Origin: Enterobacteria phage vB_EcoM_IME540
Strand: one strand, 5' to 3'
Sequence record: MT150133.1
DNA length: 64,000 nucleotides
Notes under the pieces: generated by a model
Told to the model about the DNA's origin: nothing
Seen by the model: the letters and a program-made list of their open reading frames with translations, nothing else
Database searches by the model: none
Made by a program: the position numbers and the translations under genes
Shown here: in pieces, positions 8,894-17,330 of the stretch
How the letters are laid out: each line of letters begins with the position of its first letter
Numbering within the stretch: the stretch's first letter is position 1

Positions 8894-10218
8894 AGAGCCT
8901 CCAAATCTTTAACATACTCAGTTACCACATCAGTGGTTTTCCAGTATTGATGCTCTTCTTTCTTAGCCTTGGCTTCGAGGGCCAGTTTCTTGGCTTCATC
9001 GGATGTGATATGGAAAATGTTCATGGCCACTAGTTTATCGGCATATTCGCCATAGACTTTATTACCAGCCAATTCCTCAGTTAAAACCTTACGGGTCTTA
9101 CCTTGGATAACTACAGTCCCATCAATAACATCTTTGATAAATGTAGCTTTAGCCAATGCTAGTTTAAAAGCTTCTTCGGTTTCGATGATTTTACCATCAA
9201 TACGTTTTTGTACAAAGGTCTTACGGACCTCAACGAAATCACGAATCAGTTCAACTGCATCTTCGTAAACCTTAAGCTTACCTTTTTCATTAATGACGGT
9301 CAGGTTTTGTGAACGACGTTCGATTAACCCGAAGTCCTTCATGAGTTTTTCGTGTTTCTTATCTTCATCAGTAGGCAATTCGTATTCTTTACGAATCTTA
9401 ACCTTGAAGCCAAAACCGTTCTCATCACAGTCATCATCATATGTGATATACCCTTTGTCTTCCAGAGGGTCTAATATCTTAGCCACATATGTTTCACGGT
9501 CATATTTGTACGGGATTTCCGTGATATGCATTTGGGTTCGGGATGTGAACTTATACGTTCCACGAATCTCATAACTACCAGGTTCAATCTCAACAACATC
9601 ACCGCGGAATTCAGGATAAGCCACTTTGGGTTTGGTTACTCGTTTTTCCTGAAGAATTTGCAGTACAGCTTTCTTAACAGAATCAAAACTATGAGGAAGA
9701 ATATTAGTTGCATAACCAGTTGCAATACCGGAAACGCCATTAAGAAGAACAGTAGGAATAATAGGCAGATAAAAAGCCGGTGGCTTATGTTCAACATCCG
9801 CATGAACCGGAGCATATTCTGTGTCCTTATAAACTTTTGCAAAGTTACTTCCAATACGAGCAAAAATATAACGAGAGGCTGCAGCTTTTTGAACCAATCG
9901 GGAACCAAAGTTACCTTGACCGTCTAACAATGGATAGTTGTTGTTCCATGTGTTAGCCATCAAAGCCCCTGCTTCCTGAGCAGAACCTTCACCGTGGTGA
10001 TATCCGAGGTCGGCTACACCACCAGCGATAGAAGCCAGTTTGTGGAATTTTTCTTTATTACCACGAGCCATATCAAGACAACGAGCCACTACAAAACGTT
10101 GTACAGGTTTAAAGCCATCAATCATATTTGGAATGGCTCGGTTTTCGACAGTATACATTGCATAAGCCAATGCTTCGTTGTCGATAATACTTTTTAAACC
10201 ACGAGATGTTAATTCCAT
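8890..10218 (-). CDS. 52: DNA topoisomerase II medium subunit gp52 (GyrA-like)
   Basis: 442 aa; near-identical over long stretches to recalled T4 gp52 (LKSIIDNEALAYAMYTVENRAIPNMIDGFKPVQRF, GNFGSR.VQKAAASRYIFAR). Confidence 0.97.
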   Translation of the reverse strand: MELTSRGLKSIIDNEALAYAMYTVENRAIPNMIDGFKPVQRFVVARCLDMARGNKEKFHKLASIAGGVADLGYHHGEGSAQEAGALMANTWNNNYPLLDGQGNFGSRLVQKAAASRYIFARIGSNFAKVYKDTEYAPVHADVEHKPPAFYLPIIPTVLLNGVSGIATGYATNILPHSFDSVKKAVLQILQEKRVTKPKVAYPEFRGDVVEIEPGSYEIRGTYKFTSRTQMHITEIPYKYDRETYVAKILDPLEDKGYITYDDDCDENGFGFKVKIRKEYELPTDEDKKHEKLMKDFGLIERRSQNLTVINEKGKLKVYEDAVELIRDFVEVRKTFVQKRIDGKIIETEEAFKLALAKATFIKDVIDGTVVIQGKTRKVLTEELAGNKVYGEYADKLVAMNIFHITSDEAKKLALEAKAKKEEHQYWKTTDVVTEYVKDLEAL

Positions 10219-10222
10219 AATT

Positions 10223-10363
10223 TTACCATACTAGTGAATGAATAGCCATAATAACATCGGAAATAAAAAGCACAACTTGGATAAGTCCGAACATTACTCC
10301 GTAATACAGCGCTACTAATAAAGCAGCAAGGGCTAACGAGTAGCCCAGGATTTTATTAATCAT
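10223..10363 (-). CDS. small membrane protein (46 aa)
   Basis: Track ORF starts at TTG; internal ATG gives MINKILGYSLALAALLVALYYGVMFGLIQVVLFISDVIMAIHSLVW, strongly hydrophobic; occupies the T4 ac/stp-like slot between 52 and ndd. Confidence 0.5.
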   Translation of the reverse strand: MINKILGYSLALAALLVALYYGVMFGLIQVVLFISDVIMAIHSLVW

Positions 10364-10517
10364 TTTTAATCGTCTTAAGTAAACCGACAAAAGTAGAAAG
10401 AACCCAACCAATAAGCAGAAAACTTAAGAATATCGGACCAGGGGTCCACACACCTAAAAAGAAGCAAACCGAACAGACTATAGCCGTAATAAGTTCAATA
10501 AAAACTACGATAATCAT
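10356..10517 (-). CDS. small membrane protein (53 aa)
   Basis: Sub-threshold ORF MIIVVFIELITAIVCSVCFFLGVWTPGPIFLSFLLIGWVLSTFVGLLKTIKND with SD GAGGAAAAT; stop overlaps next start (ATGATTAA); a GCGTC-TTCG-GACGC hairpin lies just upstream of its SD. Confidence 0.45.
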   Translation of the reverse strand: MIIVVFIELITAIVCSVCFFLGVWTPGPIFLSFLLIGWVLSTFVGLLKTIKND

Positions 10518-10604
10518 ATTTTCCTCATTAGCGTCCGAAGACGCCTTTAGTTTTAAGATTGTTACGATAGAACTGCATCACATGTTCGTTATGGAAATTA
10601 CTCA

Positions 10605-11054
10605 TTAGTAAGCCTGAAGGATGAATTTAAAGTTATCAGCCAACATACGGTTCATTTCTTCCAGTGTCTGGAGGTCGGAACTATGATTGCGAGTGAAAGC
10701 CATTGCAATTTGACCCTTACCAAAACCAGTAGTCAGAGGTTTCATCTTAGAAGCCGGTACATAAAGAACTTCATACACAACACCGTTCACTGCCATAGTG
10801 CGAGCTGATTGAGAACGTTTCTTACGAATGTTAGCCACGATACCATCGAGACCTTGAGCAGAACGTTGATTACCGACATAAAAACGAGCAGCTACGACAC
10901 GAGAATCAGCACCACCTTTAACAAAGAAGTAGAAGCCTGGTTGAGCAGAGATTTCTTTAGAAGGTTTACCATTTTGGTATTCACCGTTCTTAACATAAGC
11001 AACAGTAGTAGCACCAGCAGACAGAACGTTACGGCGAGTCATATAAGTATTCAT
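10605..11054 (-). CDS. ndd: nucleoid disruption protein Ndd
   Basis: 149 aa; matches recalled T4 Ndd ([52 protein letters not shown]); SD GAGGAAATT. Confidence 0.9.
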
Positions 11055-11103
11055 ATCAATTTCCTCAGTAGATTAATGTTTTGTTATCCGGTCAACGAGA
11101 ACC

Positions 11104-11132
11104 ATTATAACATGATTCTCGAGGTTGTAAAC
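11104..11132 (-). promoter_or_regulatory. early promoter (-35 GTTTAC, 17 nt, -10 TATAAT)
   Basis: Consensus hexamers on minus strand 49 nt upstream of ndd ATG; inverted repeat CGAGAA / TTCTCG brackets the -10. Confidence 0.65.
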
Positions 11133-11476
11133 TATTTTTGTAGCTGTTCTAAAATAAATCCGCTGGTGTAAAGGCTTGCATTATACAGGCGGTCAAGAGA
11201 TAACGAATCCAATCCATAAGCTTCACGAATTGCATTGATAGCACTCTCATAACTTGTATAATAAACATCGCGATAATCGCGGTCCATAGTCATGCGGAAC
11301 TTAATAAATTTGTAGAAACCAGTTTCAGGGTCCTGATAGAATGCAAATTCTGCAGACGCTAAATTTTTAAGGTTAACAGCTTTTGTGTCGCCTGAATAAC
11401 TTAAATCAAATGTTTCTGACATGCTAATCTGTTTAAAGAACATAATGTTGCGATTACCAAAAAATAATTTAGACAT
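11132..11476 (-). CDS. hypothetical protein
   Basis: Track ORF trimmed to ATG MSKLFFG with SD AAGGAAAAT. Confidence 0.6.
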   Translation of the reverse strand: MSKLFFGNRNIMFFKQISMSETFDLSYSGDTKAVNLKNLASAEFAFYQDPETGFYKFIKFRMTMDRDYRDVYYTSYESAINAIREAYGLDSLSLDRLYNASLYTSGFILEQLQK

Positions 11477-11486
11477 AATATTTTCC

Positions 11487-11699
11487 TTATTCAGCGTCAA
11501 CAGAAATAGCCATCAGTTCATCAACAGTAAGGCATTGCACACTAGGGCCTACACAAAAACGCTTAGTTGAATCATAAAGGTCTGTAGCATTAACAGGTTG
11601 TAATTCAGTCCCAACTTGCAAAGGAGAAATGCGAATCAGTTGTTGGCCATTATGCAATACAAAGCTCTCGCCGACTACCACATCTTTAAAAAGTTTCAT
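11487..11699 (-). CDS. hypothetical protein (70 aa)
   Basis: Track ORF starts at TTG; ATG MKLFKDVVV preceded by SD GAGGAAAAT. Confidence 0.55.
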   Translation of the reverse strand: MKLFKDVVVGESFVLHNGQQLIRISPLQVGTELQPVNATDLYDSTKRFCVGPSVQCLTVDELMAISVDAE

Positions 11700-11709
11700 A
11701 ATATTTTCC

Positions 11710-11820
11710 TCAGAAGTTAAAGAATACACGTACATGGTCAATCATAAAAACGATTGGGAAAATGCTCAATACCATTAACAACACAAACATGTTCCAAATT
11801 GCTTTAAGTAAGTTTTTCAT
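11710..11820 (-). CDS. small hydrophobic peptide (36 aa)
   Basis: Sub-threshold ORF MKNLLKAIWNMFVLLMVLSIFPIVFMIDHVRVFFNF directly downstream of an early promoter; SD GGAGA; its stop TGA forms part of the next gene's SD. Confidence 0.4.
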   Translation of the reverse strand: MKNLLKAIWNMFVLLMVLSIFPIVFMIDHVRVFFNF

Positions 11821-11846
11821 AATCATCTCCATTAGTTGATAGGTCT

Positions 11847-11875
11847 ATAATATCATGATTAATGGAGATGTATAC
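11847..11875 (-). promoter_or_regulatory. early promoter-like element (-35 GTATAC, -10 TATTAT with TGa)
   Basis: Same module and leader (AGACCTATCAACTAATGGAG) as other early promoters; spacer ATCTCCATTA is complementary to leader TAATGGAGAT. Confidence 0.5.
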
Positions 11876-11965
11876 TGATTTATGCCAATTTCCACAACAA
11901 TAAACTAAAACATACGCAAATCACTGGGATACAGGCCATCCAAATAAGGCACCACATTTTGCTAC

Positions 11966-12232
11966 TCAAAACACCACCTCTTTTATCTCAATTAATCCCC
12001 TGTGCAATGCAGTACGAAGGTCATAAAGAATATCTATGCCGTCAACATTATCCAGTTTTCCATCAATAAGCTTTTCTAAATCTTCCTTGGATGCGATTAA
12101 GGGGCGGAGAAATTTACATTCAGAAAGAGATAACTCTGTAGTAACATCATCACCTTCACCTGATGCATCATACATAGCGGCAACAACCATACCTGTAACT
12201 TTGTGTTTAGCGTAATATAATTTGATATCCAT
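11966..12232 (-). CDS. hypothetical protein (88 aa)
   Basis: Track ORF begins at GTG inside the promoter; ATG MDIKLYYAK follows SD GAGGAG in conserved leader. Confidence 0.6.
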   Translation of the reverse strand: MDIKLYYAKHKVTGMVVAAMYDASGEGDDVTTELSLSECKFLRPLIASKEDLEKLIDGKLDNVDGIDILYDLRTALHRGLIEIKEVVF

Positions 12233-12260
12233 TTTGTTCTCCTCATTAGTTGATAGGAAG

Positions 12261-12290
12261 ATAGTAACACCATCCATGGCGTATGTAAAC
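12261..12290 (-). promoter_or_regulatory. early promoter (-35 GTTTAC, 18 nt, -10 TACTAT)
   Basis: GTTTAC-ATACGCCATGGATGGTGT-TACTAT then leader CTTCCTATCAACTAATGAGGAG on minus strand. Confidence 0.55.
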
Positions 12291-12306
12291 ACCTATTTTA
12301 AAAAAA

Positions 12307-12864
12307 TTATAAGGCGAGATACCAGCCGTTGTAATTGCTCTTACGGACTAGCTTTGTGATGGCTTCTCTGTCACCAGAGAACTTAGGAGTGAACAGGACA
12401 TCGCCTGCCTCATTTACCGAAGTGTCGAATATAATTATACAATCTGCAACTTTATGATTCAAGAGCGGGCCCAGGTTAATCCCTGTTCCATAAGGGAAGT
12501 CACCGGAGTATCCTGTAGTGCAGGAAATCCACTTAGAATCCGACTGATGGGTCTTGACCTCTACGCGTAGTCCACAGTACATAGGATGAGCTAAAACATC
12601 CCATGCATAGGTATAAGGGTCGTCATGGTCTTCCAGACCACTGTTAACATATCCTTTCAACCAATCGGCAACCATGTACTCGGCGTACGTTGCAATGACA
12701 CACCGAGTCAATACTTCTTTCTTATCTTGGGACGGGTCTTGACTTAAGGAATACAATACGGTATCCTTAATCTTGACCTTCATTTCGCCTGTTAAATCAG
12801 ATGTCTTCAGGGTAAATGTCGGCATCGCTGCCAATCGGAGTAGTCCCGGGTTCGTCTTCACCAT
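12307..12864 (-). CDS. denB: putative endonuclease IV (DenB-like) by position and size
   Basis: From ATG with SD GAGG the product is 185 aa, the size of T4 DenB, and it lies between ndd and rIIB; sequence identity not recalled; start could also be 12825 or 12888. Confidence 0.5.
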   Translation of the reverse strand: MVKTNPGLLRLAAMPTFTLKTSDLTGEMKVKIKDTVLYSLSQDPSQDKKEVLTRCVIATYAEYMVADWLKGYVNSGLEDHDDPYTYAWDVLAHPMYCGLRVEVKTHQSDSKWISCTTGYSGDFPYGTGINLGPLLNHKVADCIIIFDTSVNEAGDVLFTPKFSGDREAITKLVRKSNYNGWYLAL

Positions 12865-13096
12865 AAATGCCTCGAATATGAAGTTCACCGTAATAAATTC
12901 GGTCGTCGGGTTCTAAAGTATCAGAATCTGCTAAAGGAAATTCGCCTTCGACCACCTCATCGCATTCTAGAAAAGCGTAATGAACATCACCCGGGTGTTT
13001 AACGAGCTTAGCACAATAAACAGTACCTGCTTTATGGAATCCACGCAAATTAGAAATCTTGATATCACGTTCACCGACATTCAGGTAATTAATCAT
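12797..13096 (-). CDS. hypothetical protein (99 aa)
   Basis: Track ORF starts at GTG; ATG MINYLNVG with SD GGTGAG; 3' end overlaps denB-like start. Confidence 0.5.
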   Translation of the reverse strand: MINYLNVGERDIKISNLRGFHKAGTVYCAKLVKHPGDVHYAFLECDEVVEGEFPLADSDTLEPDDRIYYGELHIRGIYGEDEPGTTPIGSDADIYPEDI

Positions 13097-13097
13097 T

Positions 13098-13295
13098 TTA
13101 CTCACCGAAATAAGAAATACGAACCTCTAAACAATGAGCATAAGCGCCCATCGCATCCAGTTGTGCAATCAGTAACCCTTGTTGACGGATATCAAGAGTT
13201 TCAAAAACACCACCTTCAATAAAGGTTTCTAGTGCGTTAATTTTAAGAACCAACTGGTCGTATTCTTCAACTACACGTGCTTGGTAACCTAACAT
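13098..13295 (-). CDS. hypothetical protein (65 aa)
   Basis: SD GAGGAATT before ATG; immediately downstream of rIIB. Confidence 0.5.
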   Translation of the reverse strand: MLGYQARVVEEYDQLVLKINALETFIEGGVFETLDIRQQGLLIAQLDAMGAYAHCLEVRISYFGE

Positions 13296-13307
13296 AATTC
13301 CTCATTA

Positions 13308-13323
13308 GGAGGCCGAAGCCTCC
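13308..13323 (-). other. RNA stem-loop (GGAGGC-TTCG-GCCTCC) abutting the next SD
   Basis: 6-bp GC stem with TTCG tetraloop between rIIB stop and downstream SD; no T-run, so more likely a processing or stability element than a terminator. Confidence 0.45.
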
Positions 13324-13332
13324 GTTATTGAT

Positions 13333-14301
13333 TTAGTATTTGTATTCGTTTGCGAACTGTTCGGTGACGTCTTCTAGAACTTCATAATAACATACACGCA
13401 TTTTAGCATCACCGTAATCGACCGGAATACTAACAACATCACGTGGGTTAACTTTACATGAAACCACTTTACAGCTTGAGTTACCAAAATGACCGATATA
13501 ACTACGAGAGCAAACGTGCAGACCACTTGAACAGGTTACTTCATCATCGTCATTTACACGAGAACGAGGCATTTTAACCGGTTTGCCTGGTGAGTTATCA
13601 AACGTACCGGTACGGCAGTCGGTGTAATCGGAGTTAACCACCTTCCACGTAATAAAGTGACCATCTTCAGTAATTTTGATGTCGTTTGCCACCAAGAAGT
13701 CGAACAAACGTTGTACAGCTTTTTCGCTTGGGTTTTCTAACAGGTTCTCAAGGAACGGCAGGTAGAATTCGAAGTCTTCACCGTTTTCCATTGAAGTGAT
13801 AATACGGTCAATCAACCCTGAACGCAATTCAATGCCTTGGTAAACCAGACGTCCACCTTCAATACGAACGTTGCCTTTAACAAAGGCCTTAACGGCTTCT
13901 TTAATGGAAATCAGTTTAATCGCGTCATCGAAACGAGATTCTTTAAGAGCCTGTACGATGGCATCAAAATGTTTGTTCTTATTAGTGGTGTTCCATACTG
14001 TACGACCTTCAGTGATGGATACGAATTTAGAACTCGCGTTCCAGATAATTTCAGGGCGAGAGCCGCCAATAGTAACTTCAACGGGAACTTCACGAGGCTC
14101 GTTAGGAACTGTTACTTTGATATTTCCGGTAATAACTACCTGGGCCTGTCCAGCTCCTTTAGCATTTTTCAGGACTTTACGGATTGTATCAACTGATACA
14201 CCGTACCAGTCAGCCAACTCATTCTGAGTATAATTACCAGAAATATATAACTTAACGATTTCAACTTGCTCAGCGGAGGTCAAACACTTAATATTGTACA
14301 T
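13333..14301 (-). CDS. rIIB: rIIB protein
   Basis: 322 aa; matches recalled T4 rIIB (MYNIKCLT..EQ.EIVKLY.SGNYTQ.ELADW.GVSVDTIR.VLKNA, SRLFDFLVANDI.ITEDG, CS.GLHVCS.SYI.HFG). Confidence 0.95.
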   Translation of the reverse strand: MYNIKCLTSAEQVEIVKLYISGNYTQNELADWYGVSVDTIRKVLKNAKGAGQAQVVITGNIKVTVPNEPREVPVEVTIGGSRPEIIWNASSKFVSITEGRTVWNTTNKNKHFDAIVQALKESRFDDAIKLISIKEAVKAFVKGNVRIEGGRLVYQGIELRSGLIDRIITSMENGEDFEFYLPFLENLLENPSEKAVQRLFDFLVANDIKITEDGHFITWKVVNSDYTDCRTGTFDNSPGKPVKMPRSRVNDDDEVTCSSGLHVCSRSYIGHFGNSSCKVVSCKVNPRDVVSIPVDYGDAKMRVCYYEVLEDVTEQFANEYKY

Positions 14302-14315
14302 AATATTTCCTTAGA

Positions 14316-16526
14316 TTAAGCCGCTTCCACGGCTTTCATGAATTTAACAATTTGAGCTACAGAAGCCTCGGTAATGGATGTTCCACGACGATACATGTAG
14401 TCCGAAACTAAATGGTAATCAGATTCAAACTGTACAGTCATTTTATCATTGTTGCTTGAAGCATTATCAGTCAACTTAAAAAAAGTATTGTTACAAATTT
14501 TCTTGATAACGGAAAGCTTATCATCAGTGATATAACCATGGAAATTCATATAACGGAATATATCATAGAAATTACTCAGACGAGTATATGCTTCAGTTAC
14601 CGGCTTATCACTGAAATACTTGGTCATGAAATTAAGCTGAGGGAACTTAGCAATGATTTCAAGGTAATACCTAGCTCGAGTATTGCTACCAAGGTAGTCA
14701 TCAACATCTACCGCGTCTAAGGCTTCAGCATAAGCTTCTAATGTAGCTTCCATCAAGCATTCGCATTGGCCTAACTTTTTAATCTTTTTGGCAATCTGAG
14801 GGCGAATGATATGGAATTCGGTAGAACCAATCAAATTAGCCATACGACACATGGTAGTGGTATTGATGTCAAAGATACCATAAGCTTCATCCATTCCCAT
14901 AATATCAGAACGACTGCCAAACAGAACATAACCTGTAATTTCTTCTGCTTCGGCAGCAGTCAAATACATGGTCTCTTGTTGCCAGCGCCCGTCTTTAATG
15001 AACCAACGATAAGCACTCGGTGTTTTAGGACGCGGTTCTGATGAACGGACAGTAACCGGAATCCATGGCTTAACAATTTTATTCAGTTCAGAGACTTTAT
15101 AAAAATGAATTGTGTCACCTTTAAAAAGTTCTTTAACCTTTTCAAGTTGTTGCATTTGCAACATTGAATTTGGGTCGACAAAAATAAGGTCAGTTCCGTA
15201 TTTAGGAATATTGTTCTCTTTAACAATTTTCTTAGCCGAAGCACTGTTGTCCATTGCCAGAGCCCAAAGACCTCGAACTAATGGCACACGACCTTTTTCA
15301 TCATCATAAACAACATGGATTTCTTTCTTATTAATGCCTAATAAATTACTAAGTCCTGCTACCGAAGAAGTATTACCACTTGACTTAATTCGTTTCAAAC
15401 GTGGGTCTGAAACGACTTCGTAAACCACACCTAAATTAATAAGGTCGTTTTGAAGGGTATAACGCTGGTATAATTTCTCATATGTCAATTTTTCTGTAGT
15501 AAACAGGCTAGTTCCACCTTTTTTGGTAAGATAGTCACGAGCACTGTAACCAAGGTTAGAAAGGTCACGATAAACATGGCGTGGATTATCAGATTCAACC
15601 CATTCCTGTGTATCGTTTTTAAAGACCACTGCATCCAGTGCTTCGATACGGGTTGCAATATTTTCCATCGTACGTTTATCAAGAGACAACACTTCACGAG
15701 AAGGAGCAATATCCAGTGAACCCATAGGGAACTTAATATAAACTACATCATGGCGAGTACGCATCCACGTGCCTTTATTATAGGCGGAATCCAATGGATA
15801 AACAATACCACCATAAACTGCATAAAGTCCTGAACGTTCGAAGCTGCCATAATTTGTAGTGGTTACAGGATGGTAATCGTCAAATTCAGGGAAATAATCA
15901 ACTTCAACACCGTCTACATCACCAAGACCAATGAAAGGCCGCATGATATAACGAACTTCAGTTTCAAACTTACGGAAATCTTCTTCATCAACAGGAACCG
16001 TGATTTCGATACCTGTTTTATCACCTGGCTGCATAGGTTCTACGAAAGTAGGTTTAATCTGCGGGCCATCACCATCCATATAAGCTACATAACCACGAAC
16101 TTCACCGTTATGCCATGAGGTGATATTAAACGTTTCGGTATAACTGAACGGAGATTTTGAACCAAGGCCAAAGCCACCGATGAAATCGTTAGAAGCCGTT
16201 TTGGATGATGCGAAATAAGAGTTGTACAAACCTGTTTCGTTTTCATCACCACGAATTTGGAAATCACTCATACCCGGACCGAAATCACGACATACAAAGC
16301 GAGGGTCTAGTTTACCAGGAACCTGTACTTTCCAACGTTCTTTATTACCATTTAGAATATGGGCATCAATCATGTTGGTAATTAGTTCACGAACTACGGC
16401 ACGTACTTTATTACTATAAAGGTCTGATGACAAAATTTTAAAGACCTTAGGCGATGCCTGAATAGTAAAGCCTGTGGACTTAGCACCATTACCAATGATT
16501 TGTTCTTTTTCGGTTTCAATAATCAT
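14316..16526 (-). CDS. rIIA: rIIA protein
   Basis: 736 aa immediately upstream of rIIB; GHKL-like N-terminus (VVRELITNMIDAH); conserved rIIA-rIIB arrangement. Confidence 0.93.
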   Translation of the reverse strand: MIIETEKEQIIGNGAKSTGFTIQASPKVFKILSSDLYSNKVRAVVRELITNMIDAHILNGNKERWKVQVPGKLDPRFVCRDFGPGMSDFQIRGDENETGLYNSYFASSKTASNDFIGGFGLGSKSPFSYTETFNITSWHNGEVRGYVAYMDGDGPQIKPTFVEPMQPGDKTGIEITVPVDEEDFRKFETEVRYIMRPFIGLGDVDGVEVDYFPEFDDYHPVTTTNYGSFERSGLYAVYGGIVYPLDSAYNKGTWMRTRHDVVYIKFPMGSLDIAPSREVLSLDKRTMENIATRIEALDAVVFKNDTQEWVESDNPRHVYRDLSNLGYSARDYLTKKGGTSLFTTEKLTYEKLYQRYTLQNDLINLGVVYEVVSDPRLKRIKSSGNTSSVAGLSNLLGINKKEIHVVYDDEKGRVPLVRGLWALAMDNSASAKKIVKENNIPKYGTDLIFVDPNSMLQMQQLEKVKELFKGDTIHFYKVSELNKIVKPWIPVTVRSSEPRPKTPSAYRWFIKDGRWQQETMYLTAAEAEEITGYVLFGSRSDIMGMDEAYGIFDINTTTMCRMANLIGSTEFHIIRPQIAKKIKKLGQCECLMEATLEAYAEALDAVDVDDYLGSNTRARYYLEIIAKFPQLNFMTKYFSDKPVTEAYTRLSNFYDIFRYMNFHGYITDDKLSVIKKICNNTFFKLTDNASSNNDKMTVQFESDYHLVSDYMYRRGTSITEASVAQIVKFMKAVEAA

Positions 16527-16533
16527 ATTTTTC

Positions 16534-16737
16534 TCAATTCAGGTTACGTTTAAAAATGTCTGCCACTTCAAGGAGCTCGTCCTTAGTAGCGATGTCGTTG
16601 AGTATTTTATATCTGATTTCTTTAAAGCGTTCTTTAAAATCCTCAGCCGCATTGATATCAAAAAATCGTTGGATTAACCGGAATTCTTTATGGACGGCTT
16701 TATCGAACAAATCAATATTCACTTTAAAGTTTGTCAT
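16534..16737 (-). CDS. hypothetical protein (rIIA.1-like position)
   Basis: 67 aa, SD GAGGTAG, directly upstream of rIIA. Confidence 0.55.
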   Translation of the reverse strand: MTNFKVNIDLFDKAVHKEFRLIQRFFDINAAEDFKERFKEIRYKILNDIATKDELLEVADIFKRNLN

Positions 16738-17047
16738 TTTTAACTACCTCATGTTGAACATATTCTCTGGTAGAACCTAGTTCAGCCAGAATTCTTCTCA
16801 TAGAACCCATTGTACTCTTGTGATCCCGATGGCGATACATTATCTCTAAAACCTTTTCCTGGACCACAGGAGAGAGCGCCTGGTTATCTTTAATCTTTAA
16901 GGCAATAGATTTTACAGCCTTAAGGTATTCAAGTCCCTTACCGCTTGTAGTCACTATTCCTTCGTCCTTACAATTTCGTATGGCTGTTTCCATAAAGGAT
17001 AGAGCCAGGTTGTCAGTGTTCACTATACTGTTATCTTGCATAATCAT
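16724..17047 (-). CDS. hypothetical protein (107 aa)
   Basis: Track ORF trimmed to ATG MIMQDNSIV after SD AGAGGTGAG. Confidence 0.55.
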   Translation of the reverse strand: MIMQDNSIVNTDNLALSFMETAIRNCKDEGIVTTSGKGLEYLKAVKSIALKIKDNQALSPVVQEKVLEIMYRHRDHKSTMGSMRRILAELGSTREYVQHEVVKNDKL

Positions 17048-17097
17048 ATTCTCACCTCTAGATAATCCTATCATAACCACGGGTCTTTGTAAACCCC

Positions 17098-17118
17098 GAA
17101 AAGGGCCCGAAGGCCCTT
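17098..17118 (-). terminator. intrinsic terminator (GGGCC-TTCG-GGCCC hairpin plus TTTT)
   Basis: GC-rich hairpin with TTCG loop just after the stop at 17125; a -35-like GTTTAC (17089..17094) follows. Confidence 0.6.
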
Positions 17119-17124
17119 ATTAGT

Positions 17125-17286
17125 TTAGTTACTTGAATCGACCTTATAGACTTGTCCGCGGGTTTGGTAAACTTCGCCGTCCCATGTCTCGACTGTAATA
17201 GTCACGTATTCTGCAAACTGAGGTCTAGTATCAGTCCAGATATAACCGTATTCACCGGTGACGAGCGTAACCCAGTACTTTCTCAT
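17125..17286 (-). CDS. hypothetical protein (53 aa)
   Basis: Track ORF trimmed to ATG MRKYWVTLV with SD AAGGAGA; directly downstream of gene 39. Confidence 0.5.
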   Translation of the reverse strand: MRKYWVTLVTGEYGYIWTDTRPQFAEYVTITVETWDGEVYQTRGQVYKVDSSN

Positions 17287-17330
17287 AAAGTCTCCTTTTG
17301 TATGGCACCAATTAGTACCATACATATTTA

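Noticed and set aside
14538-16419. Several short plus-strand ORFs (60-82 aa) inside rIIA
   Set aside because: Antisense to rIIA, lacking ribosome binding sites; typical frame noise in AT-rich coding sequence.
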